In this document: piece by piece, positions 44,363-55,637 of the stretch | Layout: each line of letters starts with the position of its first letter | Position numbering within the stretch: position 1 is the first letter of the stretch | Translations under genes and position numbers: made by a program | NCBI GenBank assembly: GCA_965200245.1 | Contig: CBDATS010000004.1 | Location: 96,001-160,000, forward strand | Direction of reading: 5' to 3' | Length of the DNA: 64,000 nt | Source of the DNA: a bacterium | GTDB taxonomy: Bacteria > UBA8248 | The notes under the pieces: model-generated | What the model was told of the DNA's origin: nothing | What the model saw: only the letters and a program-made list of their open reading frames with translations | Databases searched by the model: none

Positions 44363-45766
44363 ATGGCGGCGTATGATGTGGCGGTGATCGGCGGCGGTCC
44401 TGCGGGTTACGTGGCGGGTGTGCGTGTGGTCCAGAGCGGGGGAAGCTGCGTCGTCATCGAGCGGGACGAGTTGGGCGGTACCTGCCTGAACTGGGGCTGT
44501 ATCCCCAGCAAGAGCTTGATCGCCGCCGCGGAAGTTTACCGAAACATCAAGAACGCCGACAACTACGGCATCAAGGTCACTGGCGAGGTACGCGCGGACC
44601 TGGCCGCCATGGTCGAGCGCAAGGACAGGATAGTCGCAGGCCTCGTGCGCGGAATCGGCAGGCTGCTCAGGACCCACGGGGTGGACCACATCGCAGGCGA
44701 CGCCGAGATTCTGGAGAGGCACAGGATTTCGGTGCGCGGAAAAGACGGAACGCAAGTGTCGGTAGAGGCGGATAAAATCATCGTCGCCACCGGTTCACGG
44801 CCAGCGCAGATTCCCGCCTTCCCCATCGACGGCCAGAGGATCATCTCTTCGGAACAGGCCGTCCACCTCAAGGAACTCCCGGAAAGAGTGCTCATCGTCG
44901 GTGCGGGTGTCATCGGCTGTGAGTTCGCGTGTCTGTACAGAGAGCTGGGCGCGGAGGTTACGATGGTCGAGTTGTTGGACCGCATCCTGCCGGTCGGGGA
45001 CGAGGATGTTTCCAGACTCATGGCGCGCGAGTTCAGAAAGCAGAAAATCAAGGTGCGCCTGAATGAGAAGATCACGAGCGTCTCTTCTGACGGGGAGGAG
45101 ATGATCGCAACCTTCGGGAATTCAGACGATGAAGTGCGCGCGGACCTGGTGCTGGTCTCCGTGGGCCGGGCGATGAACACCGACGGCCTGGGACTCAAGC
45201 GAATCGGCGTTGAATCAGGTCCCCGCGGCGAAATCAGGGTGAATGAATTGATGGAGACGAACGTTCCGGGCATCTACGCAGCGGGGGACGTTACCGGCGA
45301 TCCCATGCTCGCGCACGTGGCCTCGGCGGAAGGCGTCGCCGCAGCGGAAAACGCCATGGGCGCAGAGATACGGATGGATTACCGCGCGATTCCGGCGGGC
45401 ATCTTCACGTATCCCGAAATCGGCGTCGTCGGTATGGCCGAGCACGAGGCGGAAAAGGCGGGACACGCGGTGCGCGTGGGAAGATTCTCAATCCGTGCCC
45501 TTGGCAAGGCACAGGCTGAACGCGCGCTGGAAGGGGAAGTGAAGGTCATCGCCGATGCGGGTGATGACACCATTCTGGGCGTTCATATCATAGGTGCCCA
45601 CGCCGCCGATATCGTTCACGAGGCGGCCGTCGCCATGCAGCACCGCGTCACCGCCTCGGAAATGGCGCGCACCACACATTCACACCCCACGCTTTCGGAA
45701 GCCGTCATGGAAGCGGCACTGGACGTACACGGTGAGGCCATTCACGCCCCGCCGAAGAGGTCTTGA
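44363..45766 (+). CDS. lpdA: Dihydrolipoyl dehydrogenase
   Basis: GGTCLNWGCIPSK, HSHPTLSE. Confidence 0.93.
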   Translation: MAAYDVAVIGGGPAGYVAGVRVVQSGGSCVVIERDELGGTCLNWGCIPSKSLIAAAEVYRNIKNADNYGIKVTGEVRADLAAMVERKDRIVAGLVRGIGRLLRTHGVDHIAGDAEILERHRISVRGKDGTQVSVEADKIIVATGSRPAQIPAFPIDGQRIISSEQAVHLKELPERVLIVGAGVIGCEFACLYRELGAEVTMVELLDRILPVGDEDVSRLMAREFRKQKIKVRLNEKITSVSSDGEEMIATFGNSDDEVRADLVLVSVGRAMNTDGLGLKRIGVESGPRGEIRVNELMETNVPGIYAAGDVTGDPMLAHVASAEGVAAAENAMGAEIRMDYRAIPAGIFTYPEIGVVGMAEHEAEKAGHAVRVGRFSIRALGKAQAERALEGEVKVIADAGDDTILGVHIIGAHAADIVHEAAVAMQHRVTASEMARTTHSHPTLSEAVMEAALDVHGEAIHAPPKRS

Positions 45767-45806
45767 GCCAGGCCCTCTCGAAGCCGTCATCAGATTGTGG
45801 AAGCCA

Positions 45807-46787
45807 CTAGTACGGTACGTCGATGAGCATCCCCTCGCCCGAGCGCATGTCCTCCTCCAGCAGCTCGCGCATCGTCCTGGTCACGGGGCCGGGCTTCCCG
45901 TCGCCGATTACCTGATCGTCCCACTGCACGACGGGGGCGACGTATATCGAACTTCCGATGAGCATCATCTCCCCGGACGCCTTGGCCTCGGCCACGGGAA
46001 TATCCTCAACCGCGATGTCCTGGATGATACCTTGCTCCACAAGGCGGCCCGCGAGTTCGAGAAGCCGCTTCACCGTGCAGCCCGAGAGTATGCTGTCGAA
46101 TCTGGGATGCCGCAGCACGCCTTCTGCCGTCACGAAGGCGCAGTTCATATTCGATCCCTCGCCCACATTTCCCGCCTCGTCCACGAAGATGCCGTTATCG
46201 AGGCCCTGTTCTTTCGCCTCCATCTGCATGAGGGTGTTGGGAAGGTAGTTCGTGCTCTTCGTGATGGCGTAAAGCGGCGGCTTGATGGGGTATGTGGTCG
46301 TCATCACCTTCATACCCTCGGTGTAGTAGCGTTCGGGGTAGTCGAGGCCGCCGAAGATCATCACGAAAAAGGCGGGCCTGGCGTCGGCGGCGGGGATGAG
46401 TCCCAGATTGCCGGTCCCGGAAGAAGCCCAGTAGCGGATCGAACCTTCGCGGCGACCCGAGAGAGCGCTCGTGCGGATGATGATCTCGCGCATCTCCTCG
46501 CGGCCCGGCAGTTCGAGCTTCGACGCATCCGCAGATCGGATGAAGCGGTCCAGGTGGTTTTCCAGGTCGTATATCTTCCCCTCGATGATGGCCGCCGTGT
46601 CAAAGATGCCGTGGCCGCGGTGGACCATGTGGTCGTCGAAGGGAATGACCATGAGGGAGGGGTCCGTCACCACGCCACCCAGATGACTTGAGTAAAACGC
46701 CGAATAATCGACCTCCTGCGTCTCGCGTAGTTCCCTGAAGCTATCGAGCACGTCCTCTGTCGTGAGGACGTTGATGGTTTCCGCCAT
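45807..46787 (-). CDS. Class IV aminotransferase (D-amino acid transaminase/PabC-like)
   Basis: HRGHGIFDT, KSTNYL, EGSNMN, GDGKPGPVT. Confidence 0.88.
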   Translation of the reverse strand: MAETINVLTTEDVLDSFRELRETQEVDYSAFYSSHLGGVVTDPSLMVIPFDDHMVHRGHGIFDTAAIIEGKIYDLENHLDRFIRSADASKLELPGREEMREIIIRTSALSGRREGSIRYWASSGTGNLGLIPAADARPAFFVMIFGGLDYPERYYTEGMKVMTTTYPIKPPLYAITKSTNYLPNTLMQMEAKEQGLDNGIFVDEAGNVGEGSNMNCAFVTAEGVLRHPRFDSILSGCTVKRLLELAGRLVEQGIIQDIAVEDIPVAEAKASGEMMLIGSSIYVAPVVQWDDQVIGDGKPGPVTRTMRELLEEDMRSGEGMLIDVPY

Positions 46788-47020
46788 GGTCTTCTCCTTA
46801 GTGTCTATGCACAGCTTTCGGGATGCCGGGGACCGTCCCGGTGGATGAACGCCGCATTCATTCCGTTTCATGCATATGATGCCGCGTGGGTGATTTTCGG
46901 GCAAGGGCTTGCTACATTGTTGACTTGAAGCGGGTTGTTCGTGTGAATCGGGTGCGGTGGCTTGCTCCTGCCGAAGCTTTCCCTGAGAGGGGCGGGCGAT
47001 TCGCCTTGGAGGCTTGGTTG

Positions 47021-48163
47021 ATGCAGGACAGTGGTTTCCTGAGTGACGGGCAAAAGATGGTGCGCGACATGGTGCGCGATTTCTGCGTGCGCGAGGTTGC
47101 CCCCCAAGCGGCGGAGATAGACGGGGGCCGTTTCCCGGCGGAAATCGTAAAGAGCATGGGCGAACTCGGTCTCATGGGCCTCACGGTGCCGGATTCCTAC
47201 GGCGGAGGCGGCGCGGACCCCGTCTCGATGGCCCTGGCAACAGGAGAAATCGCCGCTGCGTGTCCCTCCACGAGCGCGATTTTTGCCGCGCACAACTCCC
47301 TAGTCTGCGATCCCCTGTATCTTTACGGCAGCGAGGAGCAGAAAGAGAAGTTCCTCTATGGCCTCGCGGGCGGCAGGTGTATCGGTGCGTTCGCGCTTAC
47401 GGAGCCGGGCGCGGGTTCGGACGCGGCTTCACTCACCACGAGTGCTGTGCGCGAGGGAGACGTCTACCGCATCAACGGCGTCAAGCGCTTTATCACGAGC
47501 GGTAAGCAGGCGGGTCTGTGCCTCCTCTTCGCGGTGACCGACCGTGCATTGCGTCACAGGGGTCTGAGCGCCTTTTTGGTTCCGCGCGACGCCCAGGGCT
47601 TCGAGGTCGTCCGCAGTGAGGACAAAATGGGGATGCATGGCTGTTCGATATCGGAGCTTCGATTCGATTCTGTGGAACTGTCCGAGAAGAACCGCATGGG
47701 GGAGGAGGGACAGGGCTTCGAGCTTGCAATGCGGATTCTGGATTCCGGGCGCATCATCGTTGCGTCCCAGGGATTGGGCTTCGCGCGTGCGTGTCTCGAC
47801 GCCTCGGTGGCCTATGCCCGTGAGCGCGAAACCTTCGGCGTGCCGATCAAGGATCATCAGCCCGTGGGGTGGAAACTCGCCGATATGGCCACACGCGTCT
47901 ACGGCGCGCGTTTGCTGACCATCAAGGCGGCGCGGCTCAAGGCGGCAGGCGCGCCCTACTCGGCCGAAGCCGGCATCGCCAAGGTGTTCGCCACCGACGC
48001 CGCCCAGCGAAACGCCGAGGAAGGTGTTCAACTCCATGGAGGCAACGGCTACATGCGTGAGTATCCAGTGGAACGCTTCTACAGGGCTTCGAAGGTGACG
48101 CAGATATACGAGGGCACGAACGAGATACTCCGCCAGGTCATTGCCAAACACCTGCTCAACTGA
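47021..48163 (+). CDS. Acyl-CoA dehydrogenase
   Basis: FALTEPGAGSDA, NGVKRFITS, QLHGGNGY, IYEGTNE. Confidence 0.93.
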   Translation: MQDSGFLSDGQKMVRDMVRDFCVREVAPQAAEIDGGRFPAEIVKSMGELGLMGLTVPDSYGGGGADPVSMALATGEIAAACPSTSAIFAAHNSLVCDPLYLYGSEEQKEKFLYGLAGGRCIGAFALTEPGAGSDAASLTTSAVREGDVYRINGVKRFITSGKQAGLCLLFAVTDRALRHRGLSAFLVPRDAQGFEVVRSEDKMGMHGCSISELRFDSVELSEKNRMGEEGQGFELAMRILDSGRIIVASQGLGFARACLDASVAYARERETFGVPIKDHQPVGWKLADMATRVYGARLLTIKAARLKAAGAPYSAEAGIAKVFATDAAQRNAEEGVQLHGGNGYMREYPVERFYRASKVTQIYEGTNEILRQVIAKHLLN

Positions 48164-48326
48164 AACCGAATCCGCCTGGCAATAGGCCGTGCGCCATCAT
48201 GAATGAAACTGTTTTGATGATCACGTATGAACGACAAACCTGTTTGCCGTTCACTTTTGGACGAAAAATGACTGGCAAAACCCTTTGCAGTGCATTTATA
48301 TACTATAAACGCATCTCCGCCCATTC

Positions 48327-49022
48327 ATGGAGATGAATCAGACGATGCCGTTCTCACCCGTTAACTCAAAAAAACATTGTCCGAAGCAGATTCCTCGCGC
48401 GCGCCTGCGCCATCATGTTGCCCTTGCCGTCGCCCTCGGTTTCCTCGTGAGCGGCTGCGTGACACCCACTCCGAAGCGGCAGGGAAACATCTGTTCGGTC
48501 CTTGACCAGCAGCCCGACTGGTACGACTACGCCCGTGCATCCGAGAAGCGCTGGGGCACGCCGATGCATGTGCTCATGGCGTTCGTGAAGAAAGAATCGA
48601 GTTTCCAGAGTCACGTGAGGCCGCCCATGCAGTGGTTTTTGTTCATTCCACTCGGGCGCGCCTCCACGGCTGTGGGATATGCACAGCCCCTGAACCAGAC
48701 TTGGGGGGACTACAAGGCGGAACGCGGAAACTTTTTGAGTAACCGTTCGCGCATGAAAGATGCGCTCGATTTCATCGGCTGGTACAATGCCAAGAGCCGC
48801 CGCGAACTGGGTATCTCATTGAATGACGCGCAGAGGCTCTACCTCGCCTATCACGAGGGCAGAGGAGGGTATCGGCGCGGCACGTGGAAGAAAAAACCCA
48901 AGGTGCAGCGCGCCGCCCGGCAGGTGGCCGAGACCGCCCGTCGCTACAAGGCGCAGCTCGCGCGCTGCGAATCCAGGTTTCGCTGCGATTCGTGGTATCA
49001 AGTCTGGCCATTCTGCCAGTGA
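48327..49022 (+). CDS. Transglycosylase SLT-like lipoprotein
   Basis: Lipobox VSGC, ESSF, S.AVGYAQ, YLAYHEG. Confidence 0.75.
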   Translation: MEMNQTMPFSPVNSKKHCPKQIPRARLRHHVALAVALGFLVSGCVTPTPKRQGNICSVLDQQPDWYDYARASEKRWGTPMHVLMAFVKKESSFQSHVRPPMQWFLFIPLGRASTAVGYAQPLNQTWGDYKAERGNFLSNRSRMKDALDFIGWYNAKSRRELGISLNDAQRLYLAYHEGRGGYRRGTWKKKPKVQRAARQVAETARRYKAQLARCESRFRCDSWYQVWPFCQ

Positions 49023-49032
49023 GGATTTCTGA

Positions 49033-49713
49033 ATGTTCACATACTGCTTGTTCAAACACCACGCCATCGCTTTAGGGTTTATCCTATCGCTTGTTGCGCT
49101 CGCGCCCGGTCCGCTTCATGCGCAGGAGACAGTACTCGGCCGTTTCTCGAAAGGTGACCTCACAGGCTGGCAGCCCAAAAGCTTCAAGGGCGAGTCCCAC
49201 TATCATCTGACAAAAGACGAGGGAGGCGAAACCGTGCTTGAGGCGGTGAGCAAGGCGGCTGCGTCCGGCCTCGTCCTCGAACGGAAGATCGACCTCACCA
49301 AAACGCCGATTCTCATCTGGCGCTGGCGCATCGAGCATCCTGTCAACCCGCCGGATGAACTTTCGAAAGAAGGAGACGACTTCGCCGCTCGCGTCTATTT
49401 CATAGTCCCCGGCGCAGGCTGGCTCTCGTTTCCGGATACGGTGGTCTACGTCTGGGCCAGCCGCCAGCCCGAAGGTTCAGACTGGTCGAACCCCTTTACG
49501 AAAAAGGCCCACATGGTCGCCGTCGATTCCGGGGTGCGCCACGCCGGCAAGTGGCGGACGCATCGCCGGAACATGCGCGAGGATTTTAAGCGCTACTTCG
49601 GCCGCGACATCACCGAGATCAGCCACATTGCCATCATGACCGATACCGACAACAGCAAACTCTCAGCCAGAGGTTGGTACGGCGACATCCGCGTCACTTC
49701 CGCTGAGCCTTAA
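49033..49713 (+). CDS. DUF3047 family protein
   Basis: GDDFAARVY, YVWAS, IMTDTDNS. Confidence 0.85.
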   Translation: MFTYCLFKHHAIALGFILSLVALAPGPLHAQETVLGRFSKGDLTGWQPKSFKGESHYHLTKDEGGETVLEAVSKAAASGLVLERKIDLTKTPILIWRWRIEHPVNPPDELSKEGDDFAARVYFIVPGAGWLSFPDTVVYVWASRQPEGSDWSNPFTKKAHMVAVDSGVRHAGKWRTHRRNMREDFKRYFGRDITEISHIAIMTDTDNSKLSARGWYGDIRVTSAEP

Positions 49714-50100
49714 GGCCCATTTTCTGGGGGATATTCCGTATCCTGCGGAAAGGGAAAACGCCGTTGTGAAACCCTGAGCTAGCATCGAAGTCCGTATAAC
49801 TGCGACGGCGGGACATTATTGATTGCTGGATATCTTGCGTCGGAGCGCGCTTGTTGGGTGGTGCGTGACAGCACGCTGCTTTCCAGGTTGTTTCCTGCTG
49901 CTTTGAGATGACCGCCAGCGGCCGTTCGCAATTTCTGGGCCTTCCGCGCGGGACAGCGGTACTCATTGCAGCTTCGACTTGCCCGGCTTCAGCCTGCGCC
50001 ACGGCGATATCCTGGTAAAACCTGGAGTCGGTACAATGACTTGCTGACCCTGCTTGTGGAATCAAGCACTGCGAGAAAATCTTTCACTTTCTTCTGACCC

Positions 50101-50757
50101 GTGGGGTCTTTCCTGCAAGGCAGAAGCGTAAAAAAGAGCGCTGCTGATGTTTCGCCAGCATTGTTCCTCTGGACGCTTCAAGGCACTGAAATCTCTGAAA
50201 ATGGCCGGGGAGAAGACGACGAAGGATTGGTCATCCAAGCGACGGCCAAGGAGTTCAGCTTGCCCTTCGATGTGGTTCGCCGTTTCTCCCAGCCGATGGG
50301 AATCGATCTCGACCGTTGGAACGGACGCGTCATCGACCAACAAGAAGGCACGGTACGCCTTCTGCCCGTGGCAGAGCGTGCCAAGACGATCTTCGGAGAG
50401 GAAGGGGCCGGAGGCGCAACCGGCTCGCTTGAGAAAGATCCGGGGCCCGACCCGCAACTGGCGCTGTTTCCTGACTGGAACACGGCTCCGACGGTGAAGC
50501 GCCGCCGTGACGCGAAGGCAATGCTCGACTCCGATGTCACACCGCAGGCACCCGGGGTGACCACTCTCGATCGAGTGCATGCTGCGAAGCTGCTGCAAGC
50601 CAGCGGCCACGCGAACGCCCTGCGGACGTTGCTCCCCTCAGAACAGGAACGCGGACCGGATTTCGTCCGCCTTGCCAACGCACTCTCCGCCCTTTATCCT
50701 CGCGGGAGTCGGGAGAAACGCTTGTTGGACGCCATGTTGCTGGCCGCGCCGAGATGA
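50101..50757 (+). pseudogene. C-terminal remnant of a DUF1156 adenine DNA methylase protein
   Basis: TTLDRVHAA.LLQASG..NAL..GPDF.RLANALSALYP..EKRLLDAMLLA; N-terminus missing. Confidence 0.6.
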
Positions 50758-50877
50758 CCGGGAAACAGGCAACAACACGGCGATGAACCTATCCCCGCCG
50801 GATCGGCATGTCCAGGGCAACGGCAGGTGCCATCCGACCGTATTGCGGTCAACCTGAAAGAAACAGGGGAGAAAATC

Positions 50878-51135
50878 ATGATTCATGAAACTGAACTGCT
50901 CGATCGCCTCACGGTCCGTGCCGATGTTTTTAGTGGCAAGCCGATCATCCGCGACATGCGGGTCGCCGTGGAACACGTCCTTGGAAAACTGGCGGCGGGG
51001 GATACCGCAGAGACGATACCCGGTGAGTATCCCTTCCTCGAACCAGAGGACATTCGCGCATACCTCGTCTTCGCTCATCGTTCGCTGGCCGGCGAGCATG
51101 TATATGATCGACTCGCCGTCCGGGAGGCATCGTGA
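50878..51135 (+). CDS. DUF433 antitoxin-like protein
   Basis: GKPIIRDMRVAV, EYPFLEPEDIRA. Confidence 0.85.
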   Translation: MIHETELLDRLTVRADVFSGKPIIRDMRVAVEHVLGKLAAGDTAETIPGEYPFLEPEDIRAYLVFAHRSLAGEHVYDRLAVREAS

Positions 51136-51344
51136 AGTTTCTTCTCGATGTATGCGTGGCATCGCGCATTCTGCACAAGACGTTGACCGAACTCGGACAC
51201 GATGCTCTCTCTGCCGGAGACGGATACGCGAGTGCCCCGGACGAAGCGTTGCCCGCACTCGCGTACAAGGAGGGGCGCGTTCTTGTTTCGACGACCGCAT
51301 CCCTGCATCGGGCGGATCGGTCGTCGGGGCTTCCCCCCGCTTGA
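51132..51344 (+). pseudogene. Truncated DUF5615 PIN-like toxin
   Basis: MKFLLDVC..LGHD..PDE..A.KEGRVLVS, then homology lost. Confidence 0.7.
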
Positions 51345-51587
51345 TGCGATCGATGCCGGACACACGCTTTCTTGCCTCATCGGTGAACAACGCGCCGAGG
51401 CGGATCGGCGTGACGCGTCTCGGACCCCGGACCCTCTCGACTGCACCACGCAGACTGTCCGACCCGTGGGACGGACCTGCACCCCGCAACCTGCCAGAAC
51501 CCGGTCCCGGAACACAGCGTCTTTCGCCTCGACGCGTAGCTTATCCAGGGTTCGTTTGATAGGCCTGAGTTCGCTTCTCCTGGGCAT
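51305..51587 (-). mobile_element. Integrase arm-type DNA-binding domain remnant
   Basis: KRTLDKL..VFRDRVLAG.GV.V.PTG and DEARKR..IKRGEAP across a frameshift. Confidence 0.6.
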
Positions 51588-51928
51588 ACTCCCTCCCGGT
51601 AAATCATTGAACACGCTGGAGGGCACGTGAAATTCGTAAAATTTTAACGCCCATGTCCTGCATCAAAGAGAATGCCTTAAAGCATAAACATAACAAAAAT
51701 AAGGAAAAAATCAGAAGATGCCGGAAATGTATATCCTATGAAATGCAGATAGTTGCCATGAGCTGCGCGGTCAGTCACATAAGTGGCGGAATGCCGGATT
51801 TATTCTATGTCTTTCTGTAAATTTCCGGAAATTTCTCCGCAAGCGTCGGTTACCCACAGGAAAGCACAACATTTGGGGATAACGTGTGGGTAAACGCATA
51901 TATTTTGTGCATATCCATTTTTTTAGCA

Positions 51929-51996
51929 TTGACATACAAAAGGAAACATACTACACTTAGTGTTATCATCAGATTTGGATATACCAGATATTCCAT
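51929..51996 (+). promoter_or_regulatory. nrdJ sigma70 promoter with NrdR boxes
   Basis: TTGACA-17nt-TACACT; ATACTACACTTAGTGT (51948-51963) and ATACCAGATATTCCAT (51981-51996) resemble NrdR boxes. Confidence 0.7.
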
Positions 51997-52030
51997 TGTA
52001 ACGGGACGCCCTTGGCGGAGGAAATTGGGA

Positions 52031-55000
52031 GTGGAGTTTACGAGGCGTTTCACCCGGGCCGGAGATGATGCGTACGGCGACATTCGTTTCGTGCCGCGTA
52101 CTTCGCGCATCACGAACCCCGACGGCTCGGTCGTCTTCGAAGCAAAGGACATCATGGCGCCTGAGAACTGGTCCCAAGTGGCCGTCGATATATTGGCACA
52201 GAAATATTTCCGAAAAGCCGGTGTCCCCGCCCAATTGAAAAAGGTTCCCGAAGACGGGGTGCCCGAATGGCTCCAGCGCTCGGAACCCGACGAAGGAAAG
52301 CTTGGATCCCTGCCCGAGGAGAATCGATTCGGCAGCGAGCGGGACGCCCGGGACGTATTCCACCGCCTGGCCGGATGCTGGACGTACTGGGGGTGGAATC
52401 ACGGCTATTTCAACGCCGAAGAAGACGCCAGGGCTTTTTACGAAGAGCTTTTATACATTCTCGCGAACCAGATGGCGGCTCCCAACTCGCCGCAGTGGTT
52501 CAACACGGGCCTCCACTGGGCCTACGGCATTACACGTCCCGCCCAGGGCCATTTCTACTGCGACCCAAAAACCGGGGAAATGCTCCGCTCCACCAATGCC
52601 TATGAACGTCCCCAGCCACACGCGTGCTTCATCCAAGCGGTGAAAGACGATCTCGTCAACGAGGGCGGGATCATGGATTTATGGACGCGGGAGGCGCGCA
52701 TCTTCAAGTACGGATCGGGAACCGGCACGAATTTTTCTAGCTTGAGAGCGGAAGGGGAATCGCTTTCGGGAGGCGGAAACAGTTCCGGTCTCATGAGTTT
52801 CCTCAAGATCGGGGACCGCGCCGCTGGCGCGATCAAGTCAGGCGGCACGACGCGACGTGCGGCGAAAATGGTCACGCTCGATATCGATCACCCCGACATC
52901 CAGGAATTCATCAACTGGAAGGTGCATGAGGAACAAAAAGTAGCCGCCCTAGTATCAGGCAGCAAGATGTGCAACCGGCACATGAACGCCATTCTCGGTG
53001 CCTGCCTGGAGGGCAAGAATCTGGGCTTGAACGGCAATCTGCACCTGCCGGACAAGAATCCATCGCTCGCCAAAGCGGTACGCGCCGCCAGACTTGCCGG
53101 CGTTCCGGACAATTATATTCATCGCACCCTTCAGCTGGCGCGCCAGGGCATCACCGAGATCGAATTCGAGGAATTCGACACGAATTGGGAAAGCGAAGCC
53201 TACGCCTCGGTGTCCGGACAAAATTCGAACAATTCGATACGTATATCAGATGGATTCATGAAAGCCATCGGAAAAAATACGGACTGGAAACTGATTCGGC
53301 GCACCGATGGCGAAATCGCCGACTCCGTCAATTCGAAAGAACTTTGGGATCAGGTTGGATACGCGGCCTGGTGCTGCGCAGATCCTGGCCTTCAGTTCGA
53401 TACAACCATCAATGACTGGCACACTTGCGCCGCTGACGGGCGCATCAACGGCTCCAATCCCTGCTCGGAATACATGTTCCTGGATGACACCGCATGCAAT
53501 CTTGCATCTATGAATCTCATGAAATTTTTGGACACAAAAAAGAATCATTTCCAGATTGAAGACTATAGGCACGTCATTCGCTTATTGACGGTTGTCCTCG
53601 AGATTTCGGTGCTTATGGCGCAATTCCCCAGCGTGGAAATAGCCAAACGTTCATACGAGTACCGAACCTTGGGGCTCGGATACGCCAACTTGGGCACCTT
53701 GTTGATGGTTCTCGGCATCCCTTACGATTCGCCGGAAGCGGAAGCATGGTGTGGCGCTCTCACTTCCATCATGACGGGTTGCTCATACGCCGCCAGTGCC
53801 GAGATGGCCGGCGAACTAGGCACTTTTGAAAGATACCCGGACAATCAAGAACACATGTTGCGAGTATTGAGAAACCACCGTCGCGCAGCTTATTCAGTGC
53901 CTGAAGCCGAATATGAAATGCTCTCGAAATCACCAAAAGGAGTATCTGCTGAATTCTGCCCTCAGTATCTTCTCCAGGCAGCGTGTGCTGCGTGGGACGA
54001 CGCCTTGGCTATCGGCTATCGGAACGGCTACCGGAATGCGCAAGCTACCGTCATCGCACCAACGGGCACCATAGGTTTGGTGATGGATTGCGACACAACG
54101 GGAATCGAGCCTGATTTTGCTTTGGTGAAATTCAAAAAACTGGCCGGAGGCGGCTATTTCAAAATCATCAACCAGTCCGTTCCTGTTGCCTTGAGGTGCC
54201 TGGGATATAACGACGAAGAGATCCGTGAAATCGTTGCCTATTGCCGGGGGCGGGGTACACTCACGAATGCACCTCATATCAATCCAGAATCTCTGTATGC
54301 AAAAGGGTTCACCAGCAAGGCTCTTGAAAAAGTGGAAGCTGCACTGGAAGGAGCATTTGAAATCCAGTTCGCCTTCAACAAACACTCCCTCGGTGAAGAC
54401 TTCTGCCGTGAGCAATTGGGGCTCACTGAAACGCGATTGGCAGACTGGGATTTGAACCTGCTCGAAGCCATTGGTTTCTCTCAAGAGCAGATCGCTGAAG
54501 CGAATGATTTCGTTTGCGGAAAAATGACAATCGAGGGCGCACCCCATCTAAAAGAAGAGCACCTGGCCGTCTTCGACTGCGCAAGCAAATGCGGGCGTGA
54601 AGGCAAGCGTTTCATCACCCCTATGGCGCATGTTCAGATGATGGCGGCAGCGCAGCCTTTCATATCAGGTGCTATAAGCAAAACCATCAACATGCCTGCG
54701 GAATCGACAATTCAGGACATCCTGGACATCTATCATGAATCATGGCGACGGATGACAAAGGCAATCGCGATTTACCGCGATAGTTCAAAACTAAGCCAAC
54801 CACTTTCCACGCAAAGCGAGGCGGAACTCTTCAACGATATCGGCGAAGAAAAAACAATTTCGCAAAGCACTCCGGTGCATGTAGCCCAGCGGATTGTGCG
54901 CCGGATTATTTATCAATCCGAAAGACGCAAGTTGCCTACCCGCCGCGGTGGATACACGCAAAAAGCCGTTATCGGCGGGCACAAGGTGTATCTTAGAACC

Positions 55001-55630
55001 GGCGAATACGAGGATGGTTCTATCGGCGAAATTTTCATAGATATGCACAAGGAAGGCGCCGCCTTCAGAAGCCTTATGAACTGTTTCGCTATCGCGATAT
55101 CCCTGGGGCTCCAACACGGCGTCCCTCTGGACGAATTCGTAGATGCTTTCGTCTTCACGCGCTTCGAGCCAGGGGGCATGGTCTCGGGCAACCCCCACAT
55201 CAAGATGAGCACATCCATTATCGACTATATCTTCCGCGAGTTGGCGGTTTCATATCTTGATCGACATGATCTTGCCCAAGTCGTGTCTGAGGACCTCAGA
55301 AGCGATACCATTGGACGCCCGCAACGAGAAATCCCTGAATTCGATGCTGAGGAAGAGGAAACCGAGGAAGAGATTCAAACCATAACCTTGGGGTCGGACA
55401 CGATCGCACCGCGTAGTGATCGAGTAAATTTGGATTACAAGAAAGGACCTACCCACGCTCCTGTGGTGTCAAGAACAGGAGCAGGTTCCGCTCTTGATTC
55501 GCGTATCGAAGAAGCCCGCGCCAAAGGTTATGAGGGTGAAGCATGTGGCGATTGTGGTTTATTCACCTTGGTAAGAAACGGTACGTGTCTGAAATGTATG
55601 ACATGCGGCGCGACCAGCGGATGTTCTTGA
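52031..55630 (+). CDS. nrdJ: Class II (B12-dependent) ribonucleotide reductase with TSCPD domain
   Basis: [43 protein letters not shown]-terminal CxxC pairs; GTG start. Confidence 0.95.
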   Translation: MEFTRRFTRAGDDAYGDIRFVPRTSRITNPDGSVVFEAKDIMAPENWSQVAVDILAQKYFRKAGVPAQLKKVPEDGVPEWLQRSEPDEGKLGSLPEENRFGSERDARDVFHRLAGCWTYWGWNHGYFNAEEDARAFYEELLYILANQMAAPNSPQWFNTGLHWAYGITRPAQGHFYCDPKTGEMLRSTNAYERPQPHACFIQAVKDDLVNEGGIMDLWTREARIFKYGSGTGTNFSSLRAEGESLSGGGNSSGLMSFLKIGDRAAGAIKSGGTTRRAAKMVTLDIDHPDIQEFINWKVHEEQKVAALVSGSKMCNRHMNAILGACLEGKNLGLNGNLHLPDKNPSLAKAVRAARLAGVPDNYIHRTLQLARQGITEIEFEEFDTNWESEAYASVSGQNSNNSIRISDGFMKAIGKNTDWKLIRRTDGEIADSVNSKELWDQVGYAAWCCADPGLQFDTTINDWHTCAADGRINGSNPCSEYMFLDDTACNLASMNLMKFLDTKKNHFQIEDYRHVIRLLTVVLEISVLMAQFPSVEIAKRSYEYRTLGLGYANLGTLLMVLGIPYDSPEAEAWCGALTSIMTGCSYAASAEMAGELGTFERYPDNQEHMLRVLRNHRRAAYSVPEAEYEMLSKSPKGVSAEFCPQYLLQAACAAWDDALAIGYRNGYRNAQATVIAPTGTIGLVMDCDTTGIEPDFALVKFKKLAGGGYFKIINQSVPVALRCLGYNDEEIREIVAYCRGRGTLTNAPHINPESLYAKGFTSKALEKVEAALEGAFEIQFAFNKHSLGEDFCREQLGLTETRLADWDLNLLEAIGFSQEQIAEANDFVCGKMTIEGAPHLKEEHLAVFDCASKCGREGKRFITPMAHVQMMAAAQPFISGAISKTINMPAESTIQDILDIYHESWRRMTKAIAIYRDSSKLSQPLSTQSEAELFNDIGEEKTISQSTPVHVAQRIVRRIIYQSERRKLPTRRGGYTQKAVIGGHKVYLRTGEYEDGSIGEIFIDMHKEGAAFRSLMNCFAIAISLGLQHGVPLDEFVDAFVFTRFEPGGMVSGNPHIKMSTSIIDYIFRELAVSYLDRHDLAQVVSEDLRSDTIGRPQREIPEFDAEEEETEEEIQTITLGSDTIAPRSDRVNLDYKKGPTHAPVVSRTGAGSALDSRIEEARAKGYEGEACGDCGLFTLVRNGTCLKCMTCGATSGCS

Positions 55631-55637
55631 AATAAAC

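Noticed and set aside
52031-55630. Intein in NrdJ
   Set aside because: The length is explained by the normal insertions and the TSCPD domain; no intein or LAGLIDADG motifs were seen.
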